A stretch of 64,000 nt of DNA from the human T2T-CHM13v2.0 reference genome, Homo sapiens. The position numbers and the translations under genes are program-made. Of the stretch, positions 44,927-57,940 are shown piece after piece. The stretch lies in assembly GCF_009914755.1 (NCBI RefSeq), contig NC_060942.1; one strand, 5' to 3'. Each line of letters starts with the position of its first letter. Position 1 is the first letter of the stretch. A model generated the notes under the pieces. That model was not told the origin of the DNA and did not search any database. It was given only the letters and a program-made list of their open reading frames with translations.

Positions 44927-45206
44927 TTTTTTTTTTTTTCTTTTTGACAGGACCTCACTCACTCTGTTGCCCAGGCTGGAGTGCAGCTGCACTGTCTGGC
45001 TCACTGCAACCTCCGCCTCCTGGGTTCAAGCAATTCTCCTGCCTCAGCCTCCTGAGTAGTTGGGATTACAGGAGTGCGCCACCACACCTGGCTAATTTTT
45101 GTATTTTTAGTAGAGATGGGGTTTCACCATGTTGGCCAGGCTGGTCTTGAACTCCTGACTTCGTGGTCCGCCCGCCTTGGCTTCCCAAAGTGCTGGGACT
45201 GCAGCG
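44927..45206 (-). mobile_element. AluS (Sg-like), slightly 5'-truncated
   Basis: Antisense Alu with poly-T; degenerate TSD tgtcttgctcttctc / tgccttgttcttttc. Confidence 0.93.
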
Positions 45207-46654
45207 CTGCCTTGTTCTTTTCTACTTGAAACTTAAAGAGAAGAGCTATTGGAGAAGCATTGCTGACTGCAGACCCTCTGGCACTAGCTGAAAATGTGGT
45301 TCACAGAAATGCACCGTGGATCTGCCACACGGTCTTACATGCTTCACTTTCTCAGAATTACCTGGCTATGGCTGTGGGCTCAGATCTGGCTTTGACAGCC
45401 CTAGAGAAAGGGCTGCTGACCAGGCACTGTGGCTGCAGACAGGGCAGTGGCCCTCCTGAGGCTGCGCCAATGCCCTCAGGGTGAGACTGTGGGTGGGTTC
45501 AGGAGGTGTTCCCTTTCTGCAGCAGGACAAACAGCTGCTCCAATGCTGTCTCTTGTCTCTGGTTCTTCCAGGACTCTGGTGAGGAGTGACATGAGGGTCA
45601 TTCATTCTGAGATGTGCCTAGTCATAATGCAAAACCTAGAGTCTCCTTGGAAATATGAGAACAGTCTAATTTTCCCAGTATACACACTTTAAAAAAAAAA
45701 AAAAAAAAGACCACTCATGCACAAATTGACTACTTTGAAACAAAGTCTGGGATTTTTCTATTTTCCTAAATGTAATAGAGTTTTGTTTACAGTACAACAA
45801 GTCCCACATTGAAAAACAGATTTAGGTATTCCAGCAGGCCACGTAGGGGAATTTTTGAAAATTCTTTGTTTTTAGGGATGAAATTGAAAACCTAATTCTG
45901 AACTGCGGGACATTCCACCTAGTACCCCAATAGCACGGAATGTGTATTGGTCCCTGTGATGGGGTGGGGGGTTCCGAGCCAGTCCCAGAATTATCACACG
46001 AATGGTTCACAAAGACAGGAGGAGGATACATATATTTGTTTTCAAGGTCTGCTCAAGAGCCCTGATGGGGAAAGTCTCCTGGAAATAGATGATACTTTAT
46101 TGTGGCCGAAACGTCTAATACTTTCTAGATAACCCACGGGAATATATGTTTTACAAGAGAGATGAATATTATCTCACAATCTGCCACAATACCTAATATC
46201 TATCACATTTCAAAATGAATAAAATTACTACATAAATCTCAGCATTGGCAATTTTCCTCTCTCTCTGGAAATGTTTTTTAATTGAGAGCATTTTAAGGTT
46301 TGAGAGAAAATCCACCAGTTATTTCCATTAGATACTTTAAGTGTATTTGGTTACTTGGGAATGAAATAGCTCCTCCTTCAAAGAAAAAATATTCTTTAGG
46401 CTTCTGTGACAACTGCATTCAGCAGAACAATGAGCTGGTGTTGCCTTTACTGGAGTTTACAGATTGAGTGAACGATAGGACAATCTATGTAAGAAGATGC
46501 ATGCATGCAACTTCTCCAAAAGAATTTCTTTTACTATTTTGAGAGCAAAAGCATTCACATAGAAAAATATCTACATAGGTATGCTTTTTTCCTCATATCA
46601 TAGCCACACAATGCTAGAAACCTTGAAGAAATACTAATAAAATAAATTTCACTG

Positions 46655-47020
46655 TGTATTAGTCTGTTTTCATGCTGCTAATAAAGACATACCTGAGGCT
46701 GGGCAATTCACAAAAGAAAGAGGTTTAATGGACTTACAGTTCCATGTAGCTGGAGAGGCCCCACAATCATAGCAGAAGGCAAGGAGAAGCAAGTTACATC
46801 TTACATGGATGGCAGCAGGCAAAAAAAAAAAAAAAAAAAAAAGGTTATGCAGGGAAACTTCTCCTTCTAGAACCATCAGATCTTCTGAGACTTATTCACT
46901 ATCATGAGAACAGCACGGGAAAATCTGCCCCCATGATTCAGTTACCTCCCACTGGGTCCCTCCCACAACATGTGGGAATTCAAGATGAGATTTGAGTGGG
47001 GACATGGCCAAACCATACCA
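46655..47020 (-). mobile_element. THE1 (THE1A/B-like) solo LTR
   Basis: tgtattagtctgttttcatgctgctaataaagacatacc...gagatttgagtggggacatggccaaaccatacca; 5-bp TSD cactg/cacta; internal poly-A run ~46821-46842. Confidence 0.93.
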
Positions 47021-48129
47021 CACTATTAGCCATTAACTTCCTATGTGAGAGCTTACCTTTTGGATAAAGATTTAACTCTAGCTTTCTTCAATGGATTGGC
47101 TGATAATATAGAATTATCCAACTTAGCAGTGAGGAAATTCAATTCTTGCCTCTATCCCAACATTCGCTATATTTTCTTTCAACCAGAGTGGAAATGTACT
47201 TTTCTTTGAAAATTGCAAATTACTCAAATTGTAAAACTATAAAAGCTGTTGAGGTATCACTTTTTTCCTACAGGAAGATAACATTCAGGATACACAAAGC
47301 ACTGCCATAAGTTAGACACCTCAATTGAAATTTCAGGTGACAAAACGAGCTCGCAATTTTAGCTGTTACTGTGATTTTAGCAGTTACTCTTGAAATCACT
47401 GTGAATTCTTTGCTCTTCCATAGTTGATAAACAATCAATCCCCATTGTACTGGGGATACTATTTTGATTCATAATAACTGCACCTCTGGCCCTGTGGAGA
47501 CTTTAAACCCCAGGTGTAAATGGAAAAGAAGAGAGACCTGAGTCATGCTGGTGGAGGTGGCTGTGTTCCTGGAACCGGATGCAGAGACCAGCAAACGCAG
47601 CTGAGGAACAGGCAAGTCTAAAACCCCTTCCCTCATTTTTTCTCCCTCATGTCACTTTCTTTCTCTTTGATGAAGCATTTCTTCATTGATTCTTAACACC
47701 AAAAATACTTTCAGAGGAATAGTTTGAGGATTTCAGTTCAAATATCATCATCAAAATCCTGGAAGATCTCTGTGAGATTTGGAGGACTTGAGATTTACCA
47801 TCAGAGAGACATGGGTAGAAATGCTGGTCTACCAGTTTCATTTGCTACAATTTATTAGCAATGTTGGCAGGTTTCTAGGATTTTTTGACTTTAAATTGCT
47901 CCAACTATAAAGTGGAAATTATAAAATATACTTTTCAAAGATTTTTGAAGATTAAGTGAACTAGTATGCGATATACCAGATATTAGCAGAATTATTTTTG
48001 GAACTTAATAAAAATAAATCAAAAGTGCAGCTGGAAGAAAAATAATAGATATTCTCATTATTTGAAATACTTCCATAAATCAAAAATTAACATTACAATA
48101 GAAATATAATTTTTTGTAAAAGATAAAAA

Positions 48130-50210
48130 AAGCACTGAAACTTGAGAAGTTTAAATGAAGATCTAAAATGTGATAAAGGATGCATTATAAAAGAAGTGAA
48201 AAGAGGTGTTATCCAACAAATAGCATTGGAAGAATGGCTACTCAGGGGAAACAAATAGAGATTGCATTCTCTTCTTTCCATTAACTATGTTCCAAAAACA
48301 TTCCTGATGAATTTAGGGATAAAAGTAAAAAAAGGAAGCCATTAAAAATATTAGAAAAATATGCTAGCTATTTAAGTGTGTCCAGGGTAGAGCAGGACTT
48401 TCTATCATACAATAAAATGATACAATCAAAGAGAATGACTGATCATTTGACTGTATGAAGGTTAAAATATTTTATATGCCAAAAATCATAAACAAAACTA
48501 AATGGCAAAAGACAAATGAAAAAAAGACCTGCAACAAATGTGAAACTGAAAGGTAAATATCCTTAACACGCAGATGGCAATCCATATGAGAAACACTACC
48601 ATTACAATGCTTTAAAGCAAGGAGACATAGAAAGATGGTTTGCTTAGGAAGAATATGAAAATTGATCAATATGTGAGCAAACCATTTTTTTAGTATACAA
48701 AAATGGAAATTAAAACAACATGCCATTTAGACAGCATCAGATTGGCAAAGATAAAACACTAGAAATAGTGCATTGCCCTTGGAGAAAATGCTGCTGTCCG
48801 GCTAAGACACCACCTCCCATCTGAGCTGCTGGCTCTAACCCCGAGGGGCACCGTGGCGTCTGTCTCAGGAGGCCACTGTGTGCCCCCTGGTATCCTGCCT
48901 GGGCTGCTCAAAATAAAATATTTAAATATCTTCAAGTTTCTAAAAATCCGGGAGGCTAACAGGGACACAGGGGCGGGGGCATGGGCACTTTCACACTTCG
49001 ATGGTGGGGTGTAAATTGAGGCTGTGCTCCTGGAAACCACGTTGGCGGGATGTATTCGAGCCCCGACAGAGTTCATACCTGCAGATCCAGTCCTGCAGTT
49101 AGTTCCTCAGGTAGACCAACTCTCCCAGCCAGTTCTCACCAGCCACCCAAACAGGAGTAACTCTTGCCCCGTCTGCCCACGCACGACCTCCAGCCCTGCC
49201 GCAGCACCTTCCTCCTGCAATTATTTCTTAAACACTCAGAAAACCTGCACCAAACCAAGTAAGAGCCACAGTTACAGTTACCATGGAAACCAGATGCCTT
49301 CGCTTTCTCCTGTGCGGCAAGCCTCTTGAGGAGCCTGGCCTGCCCTGACGCAGCAGCCACCCAGAGGACGTTGCTGTCCTGCTGAGTACACTGTCTCCAC
49401 GATCTCCTCTCCACGCTGCCAGCTCTGACCCTGAGGGGCACCGGGGCCTGTGTCTCAGGAGGCCCTGAAAATAGCATTCTGTTTCGACAACAGCCTTTTT
49501 CCCCATGGGGCTCGAAGTCCACGGGCCAGGTGGTTAGGAGAGATCCTTTCCAAACCATCTACCCATTCTCAGAAATGCAACGGGAAAATACCTCCCTTGT
49601 GTCTGCACTCAGCACCTTATCTCCAGCACTCAGCAGGCTCAGCATAGGTTCAGGCTGTGACCTCCGCTACAAGGCCTTGATGTATTAGTTGCAATGTCAA
49701 AAATGCCAGATAAATGACTAACAAGAGAGGAAGGTCTAAACCAATGGTAATATGCACCTATGTGTGTTTACAATCCCACATTTTCCTCTCTTCATAACCC
49801 TCTGTTTCCTTGTTTCCCACTGTTAGCTCTAGGGCTTAGCCGAGGACCTGGCCTACAGTGAACATTTAGGAAATATTTGCTTACTGCGTTAATGAATACA
49901 TCTATTAGATGGAATACTATACAGCATTACAAAAGCATTTAAAAATAATGTTTAATAATGTTAGGCAATGCTCAAAAGAAAATGTTAACTTTCAAAAGCA
50001 GAATAAAAACTAGATGTATTAATCTAATTTCATGAAGGAAATTTAAAAAATTGATGCATGCAAAAAAACTGGAAGGAAATGCACACAAATGTTAAAGGTA
50101 ATTATGTGTCGTAAATGAAGCTGCAGGCAACATTTGTATTTTATAGTTTATAATTTTCTGTATTTCTTTTTTAACAATAAGCATGTGTTACTTTTACAGT
50201 CAGTAAGAAT
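48130..50210 (+). mobile_element. Fragmented old L1ME (ORF2 end and 3'UTR) interrupted by GC-rich sequence and a short L2 piece
   Basis: atggaaattaaaacaaca...catcagattggcaaagat; atggaatactatacagcatt; ctggaaggaaatgcacacaaatgttaa...aacaataagcatgtgttactttt. Confidence 0.65.
49277..49290. promoter_or_regulatory. RFX X-box-like motif
   Basis: GTTACCATGGAAAC versus the RFX palindrome GTTGCCATGGCAAC; motif match only. Confidence 0.4.
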
Positions 50211-52537
50211 TGCATCTGTGTTTATGTAAAGCGTATGGATTCATCCACAAAGCTTACGAGGTGCACCTGAGGTCACAGGTAAGTGGCAGAATCAAGATCA
50301 GGACGTTCTTCCACTAACATCTTTGCCAAGTTTCTTTTCTTCTCTGGGAAGCTGCCTTGTCATCCTCACCAAATAATCTTCTATGCTATTTACTTACTGG
50401 ACCACCATTGGCTCATTTTAGTTCCTTTCATCTACCTAAATGCACCTGATTTGTAAAGATAATCATATGTTCCTTCCAGGTCAACTCTATTAAATGGTAT
50501 TTTAATGTGGAAGTCATTGTGTTTGTACCTTAATTCAATTCCTATTGTTAATGAATGCCTGGTACAATGCCAGGTGCTGGAAAGTCGGCGTGAAGAAATC
50601 CTTTCTTGTCTTCCAGAGTTTACAATACAGGAAAAAGCACACATTAGAAAGCAGCTACACATAAAGATCAAGGCATAATTGAGGCATACAATTCTTACCT
50701 TTCAGTGGCCCCTTTACATGGTGTTTGCTTATCCATTATCTTACATTGTTTTGAGGTTTCCTATAAGGTTATCCACACAATGTGCATGCTGCTGTGATTC
50801 CTTTTCCATCACCAACTGTTATATATTAATTTTGCATCAAATATTCCACACACGCCTCATCATTCTAAGGCCTTTACATTTCCCTGGCTCTCCTCATCTT
50901 CTTTCCCACTAAATCCCACAATGCTGACATCTGAGATGGAGAGGTTTCCTACTCTTGATCATTCTTCCTATTTTGTACTATTTTTTATTTCTTACTTTTT
51001 GAACTGGAATTTGCTCATCTTTCAAACACCACTGCCAATGTTTTTGGCTTCTGAAAAACTGATTTCTGCTGTTCCCATAGTGTCAACAGAAAGGGTGCTC
51101 TCTCCCACCTTGAGCATCTCAACCCTCCCTCCAGGCACATAAATCCCCGACTCTGCTGGCCTGGCCCTCTTTCCCGGTTGGAGTCCCAGCTCTTCAATTG
51201 CTTCCTTCTGCCTGCAGCTCTAGAGGTGGAGAGGAAGGTGCTGTGAGCTCAGAGCCCCGGGGCTGGTGGGCACACTGCCCTTTGCTGCAGAACCACAACC
51301 ACAGCTGACCAGGAGGGAGAGGCCCCAGGTGCTGGCCTTGCCCATGAGGCCCATTTTATTCAGCCTGGGTTTCTATAGAGACTGCAGTGCACTTTGCATC
51401 TCCAAATACCCCCTTTATCCCTAAGTAAATGATGTACCTACTGCACTCTGTTCATCTACTCGCTTCCACAGTCGCTCCACACATGTCTGCTGAACCAGGG
51501 ATTGCTGAAGGCACAGATATGGTAGGGAAGGCGGGCTGTACGCAGAAGCAAGCTTAGCCTGCTGTGGCAAATGCTTTCATCAACTCATCCTTAACTTGCT
51601 GTGGGTACACAGAATAGAAGAACTCATTCTGTGTAGGATTTGGGAGATGGCTAAGCTGGACGGGGCCTTAGAGGATGGATAGGAGTTCGCCAGGCAGTGG
51701 GGAGAAGCATGTCACGGTGGAGGAAAATGTATTTGCAAGTGACATTAGAGGGAAGTAACAGAATCATCAGCGATGCCAATGGGGTAAGCTCCAACTCATG
51801 GGTCTGCCCATTCCTGGGACACCAGATCCCCCTGCTAGGATGTAGGCCCCATGAAGGCAGAGTCCTGCGTGGTTCTGCAGTGGCACAGCATATCCTAGTG
51901 TCCTCTGCAGTGCCTAGTGCATTGGAGGAACATCCATCGCTGGATCTCCTTGACCCTCACAGCTGGGACACACCAGATCCTTTGGTCTAGAGGTGCCTGG
52001 CTGTCTCTTGTCTCTGGAATTGCCCTTCTACTCCCTGTACCTGGATTTCCCAATGTTTCCTTCTTCCTTAATCCTCACTTATACTTCAAAATATAATCAG
52101 ACAGAATATATGACCCTCCCAGCGACTAGCTGGTCAGGAGATCCTTCCATCTCTGCCTGTTGTCCTCCTCCATCCCACCGAGGCTTTGCCTGGTAATTTG
52201 TCTCACTGTTCACAAGTGGAGGGCTGACCAGGGTCCTTGATCTCCCATTCCCCCAGGCCTGGCAAAGAGTTGGCCCTCAGAGGTTGCCTGGTAAGTGCTG
52301 TTGGTCAACTATCAAGTGCGACGGGCTGGCCCCTGCATGATGGTGGCCACAGGTCAGGACGAGTCCAGAGAGAGTCTGACTTTAGCTTGGCCCCCACAGA
52401 TGTGGAATTCCTCTCCTGCCCTCTGCCTGTCTCTCAGGAGCCGTAACGCCCCTCATCTGTCATGGATGGGTCTCCTACTCTTTGACATAAAGCTTCCATT
52501 TCAGTGGGCAGAGCAACTTCCTCGCAGTCTCACCTGC

Positions 52538-52921
52538 TGTATGGGCTTGCTCAGGTTGCACTGATAACACAGCATCACAGGCCAGGAGGCCTCAATGGCA
52601 GACACTTGCTGTCTCGCAGCTCTGGAGGCCAGAAGCCCAAGATCAAAGCGTTGGCAGGGATGGTTTCTCCTGAAGCCTCTCTCCCTGGCTTAGATGCCAC
52701 CTTCTCTCTGTCATCTCATGGTTGTCCGTCTGTGCGTGTCTGTGGCCTAATCTCTTTTTAAAAGGACACCAGTCATGTCGGATTAAGACCCACCCTAATG
52801 ACCTCATTTTAACTTAACAACTGCTTTAAGGACTCTGCCTCCGAATACAACCACATTCTGAAATACTGAGGGTTGGCACTTCAACACATGAATTTTGGGG
52901 CATGTGATTCAGCCCTTAACA
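52538..52921 (-). mobile_element. MLT1A/MLT1A0 MaLR solo LTR
   Basis: tgtatgggcttgctcagg...ctggaggccagaagcccaagatcaa...aaggacaccagtcat...cttcaacacatgaattttgggg...cagcccttaaca; exact 5-bp TSD cctgc. Confidence 0.9.
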
Positions 52922-53802
52922 CCTGCCATTAGTTGTTTCTGCTTTTGCTTTTCGAGTTATTCCCATTCCTTGCTTTGTGGACTTCGGTGAAAGTAATTTC
53001 TTTTTGAGTCAAGCCTCCTTGAGTCTGACTGTATCTGACTTCCACATCCCGTGTTTGGCCACATGTAGCTATGCTGCTTTTGTTTGATTTTTTTTTTCTT
53101 GAGTCCACAGTTTCAATTCCACCCCCGACCCCCATCTTTCTGAATCCCTGTGTCATTGCTTCCTCTCCTCTCATGGCCCAGGTGAGTTCCCTTCATTTAT
53201 TTATCGTGGCAGGTGTTACCAGTGTCTTCCTTTTATTTCCCCCTTGTCTCTGGCACTTCACACGGGGCCATCTGTGCCAGTCGAACTTATTATTTAATCT
53301 GCCACATCTTTCCCGGGCACCTACTATGTGTCAGGCACTGTGCTGGGGAGGTCCTGGCCGCTAAAAGTGAAGAAGACCCATGCTGCCCTCCAGGGTCCAG
53401 GATTTGGTTGCAGGGCTTTGCTCTGTAGCCAAGCCCAGGTAAGACTCTCCTACCACGAGCACTTTGCAGGGTTCTCAGCATCTGTTGCAGGGGCCACTTG
53501 CAGATGTGTGGCCTGGGGTGCTCAGAAAACACACACTCAGTGCATGAGCAGTCCTGGGGCAGAACCCAGGCATCGGCACTTCGTGCAAGAACCACATGAA
53601 TTGCTGAGCACAGTAAATGTTGAATGCGGCTTCACTGCCGTAACAAATGGGGCAACAATTAATATGATCATTGTACGGCAGTGGTAATGTCTAGAGTAGT
53701 GCAAAGAGAACGTGATGTGGAAGCATGGCCTTCAAGGATGAGCAGTGGCTCACCAGAGTGGCAATGGGTGGGAAAAACTCCATTAAAATAATATTCTAAT
53801 AG

Positions 53803-54135
53803 AATGATAGAATTAGCAGAAACACGACGGAATGGAAGTACATGGCAAGCTCACGGACCATGGGGGGACACAACCAAGTAGAGTCTGGGGAGGTTGGCTG
53901 GACGGGGCTGGGAAATGATAGAATTAGCAGAAACACGATGGAATGGAAGTACATGGCAAGCTCACGGACCATGGGGGGACACAACCAAGTAGAGTCTGGG
54001 GAGGTTGGCTGGACGGGGCTGGGAAATGATAGAATTAGCAGAAACACGATGGAATGGAAGTACATGGCAAGCTCACGGACCATGGGGGGACACAACCAAG
54101 TAGAGTCTGGGGAGGTTGGCTGGACGGGGCTGGGA
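53803..54135. repeat. Tandem repeat, 3 x 111 bp
   Basis: Units start at 53803, 53914 and 54025; only difference seen is acacgaCgg versus acacgaTgg in unit 1. Confidence 0.98.
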
Positions 54136-54239
54136 AGAGAACCCGTACGGTAGGTGCTGAGAGGGATGGGACGGCTGTCAGGCATCTCAAGTAGGCATGC
54201 ATACCGCGCTTGGATCCAGTTCTGGCTTCTGTACCCTAC

Positions 54240-54401
54240 CCACATGGTATTGCTGCTTATAGAGCAAATTTTTAGAAAGGAAAACATCCAGGGTTCCATC
54301 TCCAGGAATCCTGACTCAGTGGATCTGCAGTGGACCCAGGTAGCTGCGCTTGAGTATCCTTTACAAAAGACGCTGATAAAGAGCAATAATTGAGCACCAC
54401 T
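54240..54401. mobile_element. MER5-like DNA transposon remnant (a similar remnant lies at ~53468-53610)
   Basis: catccagggttccatctccaggaatcctgactcagtggatctgcagtggacccagg...ttgagcaccactg. Confidence 0.5.
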
Positions 54402-56851
54402 GAATTACGTCGGCTCCCACTAAGTGATCCCCATCTGTCCCTCTTTTATCCCTAGTGACGCTCACAGAAGATTGGCCCTGAGGGATTACTGGGCTGTCCT
54501 CCGTCCACCCCAAGGCTGGATCACCCTCTCTCCCTCCTGTCTTTCTGTCCCGGTGCAGCAAAGAGGAAACAGTGGACACCATGAGGAGCATGCAGACACT
54601 TGACTCTGGTAAGTTTGGGTGCAGATCCCTGCACCCCCTGAAAAGGAGGAAGTGTGTAGTCTTCCTAACCCTCTGACATAAGAACAATGACACCTGCCTG
54701 AAAGTTCATCTGTGTCCCCTGTCTCTGTTCTTTTTCCCTCCATCCCGAACACTCTGGTTCTTCACTGAGTCTTTTCCCATCGGTATTTCCAGGAATACTG
54801 GGTCCTCAGCCTCACTCTTCCCCAGCCGTAGCCTGGGAGGAATGTTTACTTTGCCTTGACATGGGTCAGGTACCGTCACTCCTGTCACTTTGGAGGCCAG
54901 TTCACTTGCAAGTTCTGCACACCATCATCTAGACATGCCCTGCTCTTCCCACAGTGGAACTTTCCTTCCTCTTCCTCCCCAACTGCTGTGGGTGTGAGGT
55001 TTATGCAGCTCATTTGGTCATCGACTGCCATAAGAAAGAAGTGAATAACCATGATTTCCCTGTTTTAAAAATGGAGAAACTGAATCAGTATGTCCAATGG
55101 ATTGACCCAAGACTGCACAGGAAGATATTCCTCCTTTCCTAGCTCGGGGCTCCCAGAGAGAGTTCAACATTTTTCTTTTCAATTTATAGCAGTTTTCTAG
55201 AGGATATTAGCCACTGGCACTGTTGCCGAAATGGAAATCATAGCAGGGGATGGGGAGGGATGCTGATATTTGTTTTCTTTTCTTTGAGAGTATTCATATT
55301 ATGAGTGGTGCATGGGAGAACAGGGGAGGCAGCAACAGACCCAGATGGCTTGTGTCGATTTAGTCACAACTGAGTTAGGAGACAGCCCTGGCCAGCCCAG
55401 AAAGTGCCTGGCATCCTGGTGGCCCTTGCAGAGCCCCAAGAAGAGACAGCAGGGATCTGATGTGCTGTTAGCCCATGCACCTGACCCAGGATGGTTGGGT
55501 AAACCCCCCCTTCCTGGTGGGAGCAGCATCATCCTGTTGGAGGTGATGCATCTGGAACCACACATTTCAGCACATCTGGAGAGCAGAGAAAAAATAACCC
55601 AGAAGCAAAGCACTGCTAAATGTCAGCTGTTTATTGACTTTCTTCTTTAGAAGCAAAATACTAAGCAAAACAAGGAGTTCAACCCTGGAAGCCCTCCACT
55701 GATGGCTGAGGGGGTGGAAAAGTGGCCCAATCTCAGAATGTGTGTCACCTGGGCCAGTGAGCATTTTCTGAGAGCTCTTCTTCCCCACACGAGCAGTGCT
55801 GCAGAACCCTGCTGTAATGAACTCATTGCTATTGTTACACTAAACACCAACAGTACGGGTTATTTTAATGGACATATTGCTTTAAACTGAGCGTTCACCA
55901 TCTGTTCAGTCCCTAATTTTGAATGCAAAAAGAACATATTTCACAATTACATCTGTAAGTAATGATATAAGTAATTTAAATGCATGTATATGTTCACACA
56001 ATGCAGTAGACAGCTGGGATTTTTTTTTTCCTCGACTCGTATGTTTCAGGCACAAATCAAGGGAAAATATTCACTTCTTCCTTATATAGTGCATTTTCCC
56101 ATTTATGTGAAGTTGTTTTTGCAGGAAACAAGGTTTTCTGCCACAACCATACCTAGGAGTTCAAGGCGAGCTCAATAAACTAGATCACAAAGTCATTTTT
56201 ACAACGCTTGCCTTGTCTTCCTCCAAATCCCCCCTGGCTTGAATGACAGCTTGGCAGATGCGAGGCATTAGATCCATCAGTTTCAATAGATGTTCGTGAG
56301 AGGCCCAGTCGGCCTGTGTGGGCCAGCAGTTCTTTCAGCTCCCCCAACGGAGACAGGAATGCAAAAAGTGCTCCCATATAAGGAGGAATCTGAGAGTGAC
56401 CAGCATGCCCACCTGGTGGGACACCCCAGACAGAGGGGTGACAACGATATGGTGCCAAAGACAGCCACGTTGCTGGGCACAATCAAGGGAATGAGCACTC
56501 GCTGTGGGAGAGTGGAAGACGTTGGTGCAGGGGAGAAGGACGCTCTATGCTGACGATTAGGAAACTTTGCACCCAAAGCCTGGAGAGGTGGAGGCCCCAT
56601 GGCCCACTGAGTGCCAATTCCTGGGTCCAAGCTCAAAGGCTGAGTCCAGAGAATGATGCCTGTTATGTGCACAGGGTAATGTAACTAACGCTCCTGCAGG
56701 ATGCTGGGGTGACTTCAACAGGGAATCTGCCAGATGGAAACTCTGCTACCTACTTTTCTCTTTTGAAAACTCAGTCCTTGAATACCGACATGCTACAGAG
56801 AGTGCAAACCATGCCTGCGTTTTTGAAAGAGATTTTTTAAACCCAATTTTA

Positions 56852-56872
56852 ACACACACACACACACACACA
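56852..56872. repeat. (AC)10 microsatellite
   Basis: acacacacacacacacacaca. Confidence 0.95.
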
Positions 56873-56982
56873 ATATTTGCTTTTGTGGTGTCCCATGACC
56901 CTGTGCGACATAGAATTGTTTAAAGGCTTTGTATTGCCCACATTCTCAGCTAGAAGTGGAGGAACTTATAAATCCTCCAGTG

Positions 56983-56990
56983 TGACGTCA
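56983..56990. promoter_or_regulatory. Full palindromic CRE (TGACGTCA)
   Basis: gtgTGACGTCAttg with retained CpG in repeat-free sequence; motif only. Confidence 0.35.
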
Positions 56991-57809
56991 TTGCTGTTTT
57001 ATAGCTACAGACTCCATATTTATGGTGCCCGCTTCTTTTTGCAGCTGTGCCTTAGCTTACAGGGGTGGATTTGCACGGGGACTTAACGTTACCATGCGCC
57101 AGGGCTCCCTATAGAGATACTTCCTCAGCTTGCGGTAGTTTTGATTTTTTAACTGCTTGTAGGCAATGCATTTATTATGTTTTTCCTCAGACAAATGTGC
57201 TAGCTTGAACTGATGGAAGGTTTATTTTAGAACATTATTAACAGCTTAAAAAGTGGAGATGTTGTGCAAAGGGATAAAACTGTATGAAGGATTCTGCATA
57301 GTACATTTTTATTGACTGTCGCTTATAATGACCCATAAGAAAGGTTAACTGTGTTGGCCCCAATATAACAGATGTTACTGTGGTCACACTTTTCAATAAA
57401 AGCTATTTACAATTTTTGACTATTAAAAGCCTTCCTAATTTACCCCAATATTAATGTATTCAACTCTGAATTTACTCTTAATTTAGCATTCATTCTAAAT
57501 TTGATCAAAATTATCAATGAATTACATCTCCAAAGAAATTGAATTTACTATCTAATTACACAGCCCACATAAATGGGTTAAAAAACAGTTATAGAAAGTG
57601 AAAATGCAATCATTGCTAAGGTATTTCTAAATCAGGTTGTAGTTCAGTGTATAGTCAGTTTGTCATGAGTTTTCCATTCACAGGTCTCTCAGGAGGGTTT
57701 GAGAAATGCTACAATGAGACTCTGCCAACTTCTCAGCTTGTGAAAGGAGCTGGATGGGTGGATATGTGCCTGACACCAGCCCTGCCGGGTTTTTGATTGG
57801 CTGGTGAGG

Positions 57810-57940
57810 CTGTGAAAGTGTAGGCTTTTGCACCAGATTTCCTGACGGTGCTTAACCTCCTACGCCTCAGTTTTCTGAGCTGCAGAATGGGGACAAATAA
57901 GAACATCAGCCTGAGACATAGAAGGTGCTTAGAGAAATAT
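57810..57940 (+). mobile_element. MIR fragment
   Basis: gcttaacctcctacgcctcagttttctgagctgcagaatggggacaaataa. Confidence 0.65.

Noticed and set aside
46740-46765. PRDM9 hotspot motif in THE1
   Set aside because: This copy reads CCTCTCCAGCTAC on the minus strand, not the CCTCCCTNNCCAC hotspot allele
53803-54135. CRISPR-like array
   Set aside because: Units are contiguous with no unique spacers, there are no cas genes, and the DNA is human
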